NCBI GenBank assembly: GCA_963768995.1
Contig: CAVYKA010000005.1
Location: 17,513-81,512, forward strand
Length of the DNA stretch: 64,000 nucleotides
From: an uncultured Alphaproteobacteria bacterium
GTDB taxonomy: Bacteria; Pseudomonadota; Alphaproteobacteria; Sphingomonadales; Sphingomonadaceae
Direction: 5' to 3'
Position 1 is the first letter of the stretch. The number at the start of each line of letters is the position of its first letter. Under the pieces are notes generated by a model, which saw nothing but the letters and a program-made list of their open reading frames with translations, searched no databases and had not been told where the DNA came from. The position numbers were made by a program, and so were the translations under genes. Of the stretch, positions 44,361 to 56,630 are shown one piece after another.

Positions 44361-45352
44361 GCGCTGGCTTCGTCGAGCAGCGCCATCTGCGCCGGGGTCA
44401 GCTCAAGCGTCAGCGCGCCGAGAATTTCATCGAGCTGATCGAGGCTGGTCGCACTTGCGATCGGCGCGGCGATCCCCGGCTGCGCCATGGCCCAGGCCAG
44501 CGCTATGCTGGCCAGCGGCGCGCGCGTCTCCGCGGCGATTGCGTCCAATGCTTCGAGCACCTTTGGGCCGCGCCCTTCGAGATATTCGACGTTGCGCATT
44601 CCGCGGACCGATTTCGCGAGGTCCTCGCGTGAGCGATATTTGCCGGCGAGGAAGCCGTTGGCGAGGCCGTAGAAACTAAAAAAGCCGAGGCTGCGGCCCA
44701 AGGCGACTTCCTGCAGCGCCCCTTCATATTTGTCGCGCTCGAGCAAATTGTACCAGCCCTGCGCCGCCACCGCTGGAGCGATCCCCTCGCGCTCGGCGGT
44801 GGCGATCGCTTCAGCGACCCGCTCAGCAGTGAAGTTGCTCAGTCCGGTCGCGCGGATTTTTCCCGCCGTCCGCAGTTTTTCGAAGGCGCCAAGACTATCG
44901 GCCAGCGGCACGTCGGGATTGTCGCGGTGCTGATAGTAGAGATCGATCGTCTCGACCCCCAGGCGCTTCAGCGAAGCCTCGGCGGCGCGGGCGATAACGG
45001 CCGGATCGAGCGAGGCGACGAACTCGCCGCTGTCGACCTTGCCGTCATAGCTTGCCGGCTGCGCGGGGCCGTCGAGGAAACCGACCTTGGTCGCGATCAG
45101 CACCTTGTCGCGCTTGGCAGGATCGCGTTTTAGCCAGCGCCCGATGACGCTCTCGCTTTCGCCGCCCTGATTGCCGGGCGCCCACGCCGAATAGACGTCG
45201 GCGGTATCGATCATGGTGCCGCCAGCATCGACGAACGCATCGAGCAAAGCGAAGCTGGTTTTCTCGTCCGCCGTCCAGCCGAACACATTGCCGCCCAGCA
45301 CCAAAGGCGTGATTTCGAGGTCGCTGTTTCCGATCCGTCTTTTGTCCATCAT
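44357..45352 (-). CDS. Aldo/keto reductase
   Basis: LGGNVFGWT, DTADVY, IATKVG, IDLYYQH, GLSNF. Confidence 0.92.
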   Translation of the reverse strand: MMDKRRIGNSDLEITPLVLGGNVFGWTADEKTSFALLDAFVDAGGTMIDTADVYSAWAPGNQGGESESVIGRWLKRDPAKRDKVLIATKVGFLDGPAQPASYDGKVDSGEFVASLDPAVIARAAEASLKRLGVETIDLYYQHRDNPDVPLADSLGAFEKLRTAGKIRATGLSNFTAERVAEAIATAEREGIAPAVAAQGWYNLLERDKYEGALQEVALGRSLGFFSFYGLANGFLAGKYRSREDLAKSVRGMRNVEYLEGRGPKVLEALDAIAAETRAPLASIALAWAMAQPGIAAPIASATSLDQLDEILGALTLELTPAQMALLDEASA

Positions 45353-45451
45353 CGCGCTCTCTAGCGCATCCGTTCATCACTTCTTTGTAAAATTTAGCGA
45401 CACCCGTCGCATGTCGGACGATTTTACAGCTGCGGCGCGACCGAAAGCCGG

Positions 45452-47509
45452 ATGAGCGCGCTGATTGCCTTCTGGAGCCATGCGCTCGCGGCGGTCGCCT
45501 TCGGCGCGCTTGCGATCTGGCGTCTGGGCGAGGCGTCACGCCGCCCCGGCCAGCGGCTGCTGCTCGGGGCATTCGCGCTGACCGCCTGTTGGGCCTGGCT
45601 CAGCGCGGTCGCGCCCGGCGACCCGCTCGTCGCGTTCGCGGAAAGCGCCCGCAACCTCATCTGGATTGGGCTACTCTACAGTCTGTCCGCCGCGAGCGGC
45701 GAGCGGCAGCACGGCGTCCGGCTGGTCTATGCCGCGGTCGCCGCCGCGATCGGCCTTCAGCTGGTCGCCGATGCGCTGGCCTTGCTCGGCCCCGGCGGAA
45801 CGGTCGGTCAGACCGCCCTCATCCTTCATCTCGCCACCGCCGCCGGAGCGCTGGTTTTGGTCCACAATGTCTACGGCCAGGCCGCGCCTGCGAGCCGTTC
45901 GAGCATTCGCCTGGCGATGCTCGGGCTGGCGATGATGTGGGTCTACGACCTCAATTATTACACCATCGCCTATCTCGAATCGCCCAGTGCGGCGGGGCTC
46001 GAGCGCTGGCGCGGGCTTGCGGTCGCGCTGACCGCGCCGCTGTTCGCAATGGGCCTTCGCGCCGGCGACGTGTGGCGCATCAAGCTGTCGCGCGCCGCCA
46101 CTTTCCAGTCCCTCTCGCTGTTCGCGATTTGCGCCTACTTCGCATTGATGGCGATCGTCGCCACCGCGCTTCGCGGGTCGAGCGTCGATTGGCCGGCGGC
46201 GCTGACCATTGGCGTGCTGGCGGTGATGACGGTCGGCGCGATGGTCGTCCTGCCAAGCGGCCGGGCGCGCGGCTGGCTCAAGGTCAAGGTGGCCAAGCAT
46301 CTCTTCGAGCATCGCTTCGACTACCGCGCCGAATGGCTCCGCTTCACCGACACGCTCGGTCGCGCCGGGGCCGACGAAGCTCCGCTCGGCGAGCGCATCG
46401 TCAAGGCATTCGCGGACATCGCCGAAGCGCCCGGCGGCCTGCTGCTGATCGGTGACGGCGCCGGCGGGGCTCTTGGCGTGGCGACCTCGTGGAACTGGCC
46501 CGGCGACAATCTGCCGGCCGATCGGCTGGATGATTCGGCCTCGTTCTGGACCGAAGTCGAGCGCAGCGGCCGGGTGCTGGACCTCGAGGCGTTCCGCAAG
46601 GGCTGGGCGAGCAGCAAGGACAAGGCGCTCGCAGTGCCCGACTGGCTGGTCGCGGAGCCTGACGCGTGGGCGGGCGTTCCACTGGTTCATCACGGCCGGC
46701 TGATCGGCCTCGTCCTGCTTGCCGCGCCCGAATATCGCCGCGCGCTCGACTGGGAGGATTTCGACCTTTTGCGCACCGCCGGCCGCCAGGCCGCAAGCGC
46801 GCTGGCCGAGGCCCAGGGGCAGGATGCGCTTGCCGATGCCCGGCGGTTCGAGGAGTTCAACCGCCGCTTCGCCTTCATCCTCCACGACATCAAGAATCTC
46901 GTCAGCCAATTGTCGCTGCTCGCGCGCAACAGCGAGCGTCATGCCGATAACCCTGACTTCCGCGCCGACATGGTCGCGACCCTGAAGTCATCGGTGGGCA
47001 AGATGAACGACCTTCTCACGCGGCTCGCCCCGCACGCCCAGGGACGCCCACAGCAGCTGGCGGCCGAGCCCTTGGATAGGATCCTCGCCGCGTCGATTGC
47101 GGCGTTGCAGCGCGACCAACGTCACGCTCCGCGGCGATCGCGGACTGTGGGCCACGGTCGACGCCGCGGCGCTGGGCCAGGCGCTCGAACATCTGCTGCG
47201 CAACGCGATCGAGGCCAGCCCCGAAGATGCGCCGGTCAGCGTCAATGTGGCGCAAGACGGGAACTCGGTGGCGATCGCAATCGCCGACCGGGGCTGCGGC
47301 ATGGACCGCGATTTCATCCTTAACCGCCTGTTCCGGCCGTTCGTCTCGACCAAGCCCGGCGGTTTCGGCATCGGCGCCTTCGAAGCGCGCACCGCTGTTG
47401 CTGCGATGGGCGGGCGGATCACCGTCGACAGCCGCCCCGGCGAGGGCACGACATTCACCATCCTCGTGCCAGCCGCGCAAGCGGCAGCCGAGCCAGTCCG
47501 GAAAATCGC

Positions 47510-47513
<4 letters not shown>
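45452..47513 (+). CDS. prsK: PEP-CTERM system sensor histidine kinase
   Basis: Multi-TM N-terminus, KHLFEHRFDYRAEWLRFT, GAF, FAFILHDIKNL, NAIEAS, DRGCGM, GFGIGAFEAR; frameshift near 47110. Confidence 0.88.
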
Positions 47514-48898
<1,385 letters not shown>

Positions 48899-48911
48899 GC
48901 GCCTGCTCGCG

Positions 48912-49368
48912 CTAGCGAAGCACGCCCTTCTTCTCCATCGCCCGGGCGTAGAGGAACAGCCCAAGCGCGATCAGGATGATGACATAGGGCATCAGCTCGA
49001 CCATCGGCCCTTCAGCGCCCGCAAGCGGCGGTGCGCCCACAATCTGGTACCCAAGTCCGAGCAGCGCGCCGACCAGCGACAGGCCCATCGCCCACACCGC
49101 CCAGCGGTTGCGGAGCAAAAGGAGCACCGCGCCGACCAGGCCGCCCCACACTCCGAGGCCCCAGCCGAACTGCGCCCACATTGGAAAGGCGTCGATCCAG
49201 CGCCAGCGTCGCGTCGGGATCGACGGTCGGCATCATCTTCGCCAGATATTCGGTGTCGCGCATCCGGGTCATCGTATAATCGAACCCGCCAAAGCCGCTC
49301 CACAGCAGCGCGAGCAAGCCGACGATCCACAAATGCGCGGGAGTCCGCGCCTCGATTGCATGATCCAT
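48912..49368 (-). CDS. Hypothetical 4-TM membrane protein
   Basis: TPAHLWIVGLLALLW..DY; WGLGVWGGLVGAVLLLLR; LFLYARAM; one frameshift. Confidence 0.7.
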
Positions 49369-49469
49369 TTTTCCCCCTCTCGGGCCGCCGTCCCAGGGCG
49401 CCCAAGCGCATGACACGCCCACGCGCGAGCGCTGTCAACACGGCGCCGCCAACGCACTGGAATGAGGGA

Positions 49470-50779
49470 TTAACGCCGCTCCGCCGAAAGCCGGCTCATC
49501 AGGATGGCGGCGCGCTTGGCCTGCTTGAAGATCGACGGGATGTCGACCGCTTCATCGGCGGTATGGTCGCCGCTGCTCGACGGCCCGAGCCCGACCAGCC
49601 CGTCGACGTCGGCGGCGACGAAGCTGATGTCGCCGGCGCCGCGCTTCAACGGATCGAGCGACGCCATCGCCGCCAGTCCGAGGTCGCGGTTGACGATGTT
49701 GAGCCGGTCGAGCAGCGCCTGGTTGCCGGGCGTCGGCGGCATCGGCGGATAGCCGCCCTCGCCAAAGTCGATCGCGGCCTTCGCGCCGGGCAGCGCGGCG
49801 GCGACGATGCTCCGCATTTTGGCCATTGCGCGGTCGAGCTGCTCTCGCGAAATGGCGCGCAAATCGCCGCGCGCGATCGCTTCGGCGGCGATGATGTTGG
49901 TCTTGCCGGTGACCTCGGCGCGGACTTCGTCCTTGTCGAGCTTGGCGGTGGTGCCGCCGGCGACCAGCCCGACGTTGAAGGTCAGACTTGTCCTCGGGGA
50001 GTTCGCGCCGGAACGCATCGACGATCCGCGCCAGCTCGTAATTGGCGCCATAACCGGCAGTCGGCGAGAACACCCCGCTCGAATGCGCGCTTCGGCCGCT
50101 GACCCGAAGCGTCCAGTCGACCACGCCGCGCCGCGCGATCGAGCCCATGTCGAGCCCATTGTCCTGCGCCAGCCCTTCGAAATCGAGCGCTGCGTCGGCG
50201 CGCTTGCCGGCCGCGACCAGATCGCGTCGCGCAAGCTCCAGTGGCGTGCCCGAATCTTCCTCGTCGCCGGTGAGCACGATCTCGATATTGGCGCCGCGCA
50301 AAGTGCCTGCGGCGCGCATCGCACGCAGCGCGGCGATCATAACCGCCATGCCGCCCTTGTCGTCGGCCGCCCCAGGCCCATGACCCTGGTCGCCGCTGCC
50401 GCTCCCAGCGCTGGAACGGCGAATCGAGCTCGAACACCGTGTCGAGATGGCCGATCAGCAGCAGGCGCTTGCGCCCCGGCGCGCCATTGTGCGTGGCAAT
50501 CAGATGGCCGGCGCGTCCGGTTTGCGGCAGCGGCACCCAGCGCACGGTGAAACCCAGCGGCTCCAGCTCGGCCCGAACCATCCGCCCGACCGCTTCGACG
50601 CCCGCCAGATTGTGCGACCCGCTGTTCTGGTTGACCCAGCGCTCGAGCATGCCGAGCGTCCGCGCCTGTTCGGCATCGACCGTCGCGATCATGCGCTGCT
50701 CGGCCGGCCTCAGCGCGGCCGGGGCAGCGGCGGGAACCAGGAACAAGGCGAAGAAAGCGAGCAGGAATCGTGCGGTCAT
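49470..50779 (-). CDS. M20/M25/M40 metallo-hydrolase (carboxypeptidase G2-like), exported
   Basis: VNQNSGS, LIGHLDTVF, DDKGG, LTGDEE, AHSS, RGAGD. Confidence 0.85.
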
Positions 50780-50925
50780 CGCGCCAGCCTAGCGAGCCGG
50801 CCCCGCTTCGTCATCCCCGCGAAGCGCAGCCACGCGGGCACTGCGAAACGGCCAACAGGCAGCAAACAACTTTCCTATTTGTAACCTATGTGGTTATAAC
50901 TCCGAACTCGAACGAGGACCTGGCT

Positions 50926-51487
50926 ATGGACGTTGACTTACTGATCGCAGCCCTGATCGAGCGCGAAGGCGGCTACGTCAATCACCCGGCCGACCGGGGC
51001 GGGCCGACCTGTTACGGAATAACCGAATCGGTTGCCCGCGCGCATGGCTATGGCGGCGGAATGCGCAACCTGCCGCAAGACCGAGGCGGCGGCAATCTAC
51101 CGCCGCCTTTACTGGCTGCGCCCCGGCTTCGACGCGGTCGCCGAGCGCAGCGCGGCGGTTGCGGCGCCGAGCTGTTCGACACCGGCGTCAACATGGGCCC
51201 GGCGGTCGCCGCGACCTTCCTCCAGCGCGCGCTGACCGCGCTCAACCGCAACGGCGGCGACTATGCCGACCTCGCGCCCGACGGCCGCATCGGCAAGGGC
51301 ACGCTCGCCGCGCTCGACGCGCTTCCTCGCGGTGCGCGGAAAGACCGGCGGCGAGACCGTCTTGCTGCGCGCGCTCGAAGCTCTGCAGGGCGAGCGCTAC
51401 TTGCGCCTCGCCGAGCGCCGCCCGGCCAATGAGGCGTTTCTCTACGGCTGGCTCGCCAACCGCATCGGCGAAGGCGGAGGCCAATGA
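50926..51487 (+). CDS. Glycoside hydrolase family 108 muramidase with PG-binding domain (endolysin-like)
   Basis: REGGYVNHPADRGGPTCYGIT, IYRRLYW, LFDTGVNMGP, LQRAL, DGRIGKGTL, NEAFLYGWLANRI; frameshifted. Confidence 0.88.
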
Positions 51488-51568
51488 TCGACGTTCGGCC
51501 CAGGGCTGCGTCACTCCGCACGGCGTCACTGCGAACTTTGGGAACTTTCGCCCCGCGAGGACGGCCGC

Positions 51569-51878
51569 GTGAGGCGGCTTCCTCCACCCCAGACCTTCGC
51601 CGAGGGCCAGCGCCTGATCTATGGCCTGCTCGCCGCGTCGGCCGGCATTTTCTGCGGCTTCTGCGCGGTCGCCATGATCGCGCTTCTGATGTGGGGCGGC
51701 TGGTCTCCGGCTCGACGAGCATAGCATCGTCGTCATCTTCGGCTGGTCGCTCGGCGGGTTCATCGCCGCGATGGTCGCGGTGATCGTCGGGCTGCTCGCC
51801 GGCGGGCCGGTCGGCCGGTTCAAGATGAGCGCCAGCCGCGACGGCGCCTGCCTCGAAGCCGACGGCGGCGCCGAATGA
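51569..51878 (+). CDS. Two-TM small membrane protein, holin candidate
   Basis: GTG after GAGGA; LIYGLLAASAGIFCGFCAVAMIALLMWGG and IVVIFGWSLGGFIAAMVAVIVGLLAGG; one frameshift near 51712; between endolysin and spanins. Confidence 0.55.
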
Positions 51879-52039
51879 CCCGCGCTCTGCTCGCCATCGC
51901 GTTGCTCTTGCCCGCGGCCGCGCAATTCGCGCCGGCCCAGCAGCAGTCTCTGTGCCTGCCAGCGCCTCCGCGCGCGACGCCCCACCGCAAGATGGACCGC
52001 GTCGACAAATGGCAGCATGACGAAAGGACCCTCGTATGA
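51875..52039 (+). CDS. 54-aa putative secreted peptide
   Basis: MTRALLAIALLLPAAAQFAPAQQQSLCLPAPPRATPHRKMDRVDKWQHDERTLV; ATGA overlaps at both ends. Confidence 0.45.
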   Translation: MTRALLAIALLLPAAAQFAPAQQQSLCLPAPPRATPHRKMDRVDKWQHDERTLV

Positions 52040-52617
52040 TGCTTCGCCTGATTGGCTGGCAGGGGATCGCAGGCCTCGTCCTCGCCGGCGCCTTCGCGCT
52101 GCTGCTCCTGATCCAGAAGGGCGAAACCCGCCACTGGCGCCGCCAGAGCGTCCAATATGAGCAGCTCTATCGCGCGGGCGAGGTCGCGCTGGCCGGGACC
52201 ATCGCCAATTACCGCGCCGCCGCGGCGACCGCGCGCGCCGCCGACCAGGCCAATCTGACCCGCGTCGCCGCCGCGCAAGCCGCCATCACCGAAAGGACCG
52301 CCGATGACTATCAGAACCGCCTGGCTGCTGCCCGCGTGCTCGCGCCTGCTGATGCTGCCGATGTTGAGCGCCTGCGCCGGCAAGACGCCCCCGCCGCAGC
52401 CGATCCCGGCGCTCGCCGAGCAGCGCCAGTGCCCGGCCTATCCGCTGCCCCCGGCGGCGCTGCTCAAGCCGCCGGCGAAGCTCGACTTTCTCGACTCCCC
52501 TCGTTGAAGCTCGGGACAGGCGACGCGCTGACCGCGACCGAGCAGGCGATCCAGCTCGACGAGCTGATCAAATGGGTCCGGCGCCAGCACGGCGTCGATC
52601 CGAACCCGTCAACCTGA
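52036..52617 (+). CDS. Rz-like inner-membrane spanin
   Basis: N-terminal TM, Ala-rich helical segment, linker, C-terminal helix EQAIQLDELIKWVRRQ; hosts nested lipoprotein gene. Confidence 0.72.
   Translation: MMLRLIGWQGIAGLVLAGAFALLLLIQKGETRHWRRQSVQYEQLYRAGEVALAGTIANYRAAAATARAADQANLTRVAAAQAAITERTADDYQNRLAAARVLAPADAADVERLRRQDAPAAADPGARRAAPVPGLSAAPGGAAQAAGEARLSRLPSLKLGTGDALTATEQAIQLDELIKWVRRQHGVDPNPST
52304..52507 (+). CDS. Rz1-like outer-membrane lipoprotein spanin, nested in +1 frame
   Basis: AAGGA RBS; LSAC lipobox; Pro-rich mature part with second Cys (QCPAYPLPP); fully inside Rz-like gene. Confidence 0.72.
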   Translation: MTIRTAWLLPACSRLLMLPMLSACAGKTPPPQPIPALAEQRQCPAYPLPPAALLKPPAKLDFLDSPR

Positions 52618-52674
52618 CCCGAGGCCTTAGGCCCCGGTTGCGCCGGCGGCGCGCGACCGCCCACTTGCGCGCCG

Positions 52675-53565
52675 ATGACCAATCGCCGCACTTCGTTCTT
52701 CCGCCCGGCCCTGGGCCTGGGCGCTGCCTCTGCTGGCGCTGACCGCCTGCACGCCCGCCGGATTGCTCACCAGCCTCGACCGGCTGTCGTCGTCGGGTGA
52801 GGCGAAGCGCGCCGCGCAGGGCATCGCCTACGGCGCCGACCCGCGGCAGAAGCTGGACGTGTGGGCGCCGCGAAGCCCGGCCAAGGCGCCGCTTCCGGTG
52901 GTGATCTTCTTCTACGGCGGCGGCTGGGTGGATGGCGCGCGCGGCGACTATGGCTTTGCCGGCGCGGCCTTCGCCAGCAAGGGCTTCATCGCCGTCCTGC
53001 CCGATTATCGACTGGTCCCGCAGGCGCGCTTCCCGACCTTCGTCGAGGACGGCGCGCTGGCGGTCAAATGGGCGCGCGACCATGCCGCGCAATATGGCGG
53101 CGATCCCAAGCGGATCACGCTCGCCGGCCATTCGGCGGGCGGTTACATCGCCGCGATGCTCGCGCTCGATCCGCATTTCCTGCGCGACGCCGAAGGTCGA
53201 TCCCAGAAACCATCCGCGCCGCCGCTCTGCTCGCCGCGCCGCTCGATTTCTACCCGTTCACCGAGGCACGCGGCCGCGACGCGCTGGGCCAATGGCCGCG
53301 CCCCGCCGAAACCCAGCCGATCACCTTCGCCCGTCGCGACGCGCCGCCGATGTTCCTCGCCCACGGCACGTCGGACACCATCGTCATGCCGCGCAACAGC
53401 AAGGCGCTTGCGGCGCGGCTCCAGGGTCTCGGCGCGCCGGTCGAGCTCAAGCTTTATCCCGGCCGCGACCATGTCGATCTCGCCAAGGCGCTGTCGCGCC
53501 CGTTTCGCGGCACCGCGCCGGTGCTCGACGACAGCGCCGATTTCCTCCTCCGCCACGCCCGCTAG
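52675..53565 (+). CDS. Alpha/beta hydrolase (esterase), lipoprotein
   Basis: LTAC, QKLDVW, FFYGGGW, PDYRL, GHSAGG, HGTSD; frameshifted. Confidence 0.85.
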
Positions 53566-53606
53566 TTGCAGCGACGCCGCGCCTCTCCCACATTCCCCCC
53601 AGGCAA

Positions 53607-54162
53607 TTGAGCGGGAGCATCACTTTGGAAAGCTGGCACGGCACCACGATCCTCGGCGTAAAGGCGGGCGGCAAGACGGTCATCGCCGGCGACGGCCAGG
53701 TGTCGATGGGCAATACGGTGATGAAGCCCAACGCGCAAGAAGGTTCGCCGGCTGGGCGCGGAGGGAAAGGTCATCGGCGGATTTGCCGGCGCCACCGCCG
53801 ACGCCTTCACCTTGTTCGAGCGGCTCGAGAAGAAGCTCGAGCAATATAACGGCCAGCTGATGCGCGCCGCGGTCGAGCTCGCCAAGGACTGGCGGACCGA
53901 CAAATATCTCCGCAACCTCGAGGCGATGATGATCGTCGCCGACGCCGACGTGCTGCTGATCCTGACCGGCAACGGCGACGTGCTCGAGCCCGAAGGCGGC
54001 ATCGCGGCGATCGGCTCGGGCGGCAATTATGCGCTCGCCGCGGCCAAGGCCCTGACCGATTATGAGAGCGATCCGGAGAAGCTCGCCCGCCGCGCGATGC
54101 AGATCGCGTCGGAAGTGTGCGTGTTCACCAACGACCGGCTGACGGTGGAGACGGTTGAGTAG
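53607..54162 (+). CDS. hslV: ATP-dependent protease subunit HslV
   Basis: [37 protein letters not shown]. Confidence 0.93.
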
Positions 54163-55254
54163 CGTTCTGCGACCGACGTGCGACGCATTCGTCGCCGCGG
54201 GATCCGCGTGCATTCCTGTCGGCCTGCGCGACCGTCTCGCGGCGCGAAGCCTGCACTCCGCTGGCGCCGCTCAACCTCGGACCGGACCGGATCCTGCGCA
54301 CGTTACGCCTGCCTCCGGCCGTACCGCGCCGGCGGCTTCGTCGTCCGCCGCGACCAGCTCGGCGACAAGGCGCTGGTCCATAATTACGGTCACGGCGGCG
54401 CCGGGATCACGCTGAGCTGGGGAACCTCGCAGCTCGCGGCCCAGCTCGGTCTCGCCGGACACAGCGGACCGGTCGCGGTGATCGGCGCCGGCGTCATGGG
54501 TCTGACCACCGCGCGGCTGGTCCAGGAAGCCGGCTTACCGGTCACCATCTACACCGCCGAACTCCCGCCCGACACGACCTCGCAGCCTCGCCGGCGGCCA
54601 GTGGGGCCCGACCGGCCATTATCGCGAAGCGGCGGTCACTCCCGAATGGCGCGAGCAATATCAGAGCGCGCTGGCGGTCAGCTGGGCGCGATTCCAGCGG
54701 CTCGACGCCGACCGCTACGGCATCCGCTGGCTGCCGACCTACACCGAGGCGCGACCGCGTCGCCGTCGCCCGGGCTCGAACCATATTATTCGGCGTCGCG
54801 GCTGCTCGGCCAGAGCGAGCATCCGTTCGCGATCGACAATCTCGCGGTCTACCGGACCATGTACGTCGAGGTCGGCCGCTACCTCTCGGAACTCGCCGCC
54901 GATTTCCTTCGCGCCGGGGGGCAAATGAAAGTCCGGCGTTTCGGAACCGCTGCCGACCTGACACCGCTTCCCGAGCGGCTGATGTTCAACTGCACCGGCC
55001 TTGGCGCGCGCGAACTGTTCGGCGACGAGGAGCTCGGCCCGATCCGCGGCCAGATCGTGATGCTCGCTCCCCAGCCCGAGGTCCAATATGCCTACACTTT
55101 GCCCGACGGCTACATGTTCCCGCGCGGCGACGGCATCGTCCTTGGCGGCACGTTCGAGCGCGGCGTTTGGGAGACGACGCCCGACCCGCAGACCATCGCC
55201 GGGATCATCGAATCGCACCGCAACGTCTTCGCCTCCGTTCGCTGCACCGCTTGA
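54155..55254 (+). CDS. FAD-dependent D-amino acid oxidase-like protein, permuted motif order
   Basis: [21 protein letters not shown] precedes VIGAGVMG; NCTGLGA, PIRGQ, LGGT; frameshifted N-terminus. Confidence 0.8.
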
Positions 55255-55287
55255 ACTGCGTGACCCAGCGTCCAATTTAACCAGCAC

Positions 55288-56630
55288 ATGAATTACCAGG
55301 CACCCACGGCGGACGCCGGCAACCCTTCCCCAACGAAGGACGCGCTCACCCCCAAGGCGATCGTCGCCGCGCTCGACGAGCATATCGTCGGCCAGGACGA
55401 CGCCAAGAAAGCGGTCGCGGTCGCGCTTCGCAACCGCTGGCGCCGCCAGCAGCTCGGCCCCGAGCTGCGCGAGGAAGTCACGCCCAAGAACATCCTGATG
55501 ATCGGCCCGACGGGCTGCGGCAAGACCGAGATCAGCCGGCGGCTGGCGAAGCTCGCCGACGCGCCGTTCGTCAAGGTCGAGGCGACCAAGTTCACCGAGG
55601 TCGGCTATGTCGGCCGCGACGTCGAGCAGATCGCCCGCGACCTGGTCGAGGAAGCGGTGCGGCTCGAGCGCGAGCGCCGCCGCAACGCGGTCAAGGCGGC
55701 GGCCGAGGAAGCGGCGATGGAGCGGCTGCTCGACGCCTTGACCGGCAAGGGATCGAGCGAGGCGACGCGGGCCAGCTTCCGCCAGCGCTTCGCCGACGGC
55801 AGCCTCGCCACCGCCGAGGTCGAGATCGATGTCGACGAAGCGCCGGCGATGCCGTTCGACATCCCCGGCATGGGCGCGCAGATGATCGATCTGAAGGCGA
55901 TGATGGGCAAGGCGCTCGGCCAGGGGCCGCGCAAGCGCCGCAAGCTGAAGGTGCCCGAAGCGTTCCAGCGGCTGACTGACGAGGAAGCCGACAAGCGCCT
56001 CGACCCCGACGACGTCAACCGCGCCGCGCTTGCCGACGCCGAGGCCAACGGGATCGTCTTCCTCGACGAGATCGACAAGATCGCGGTTCGCGACGTGCGC
56101 GGCGGATCGGTCAGCCGCGAAGGCGTCCAGCGCGACCTTCTGCCGCTGATCGAGGGGACCACGGTGGCGACCAAATATGGGCCGCTCAAGACCGACCATA
56201 TCCTGTTCATCGCATCGGGCGCGTTCCATCTCGCCAAGCCCGCCGATCTGCTGCCCGAGCTCCAGGGGCGCCTGCCGATCCGGGTCGAGCTGAAAGCGCT
56301 GACCGAGGCCGATTTCGTCCGCATCCTGTCGTCGACCCGGGCCAGCCTGACCGAGCAATATCAGGCGCTGCTTGGGCACCGAGGGCGTGACGATCAATTT
56401 CGCCGAGGATGGCATCGCCGCGCTCGCCAGGATCGCCGCCGAGGTCAACGAAAGCCTCGAGAATATCGGCGCCCGGCGGCTTGCAGACGGTGATGGAGAA
56501 ATTGCTCGAGGACATCAGCTTCACCGCCGAGGACCGCCGCGGCGAGACGTTGACGGTCGACGCCGCCTTCGTCGAAGGCCAGCTCGCAAGCATCGCCCGC
56601 AACGCCGACCTCAGCCGCTACGTGCTCTGA
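55288..56630 (+). CDS. hslU: ATP-dependent protease ATPase HslU
   Basis: [54 protein letters not shown]. Confidence 0.95.

Noticed and set aside
50800-52700. Intact prophage
   Set aside because: Only lysis genes present; no integrase, terminase, structural genes or att repeats seen
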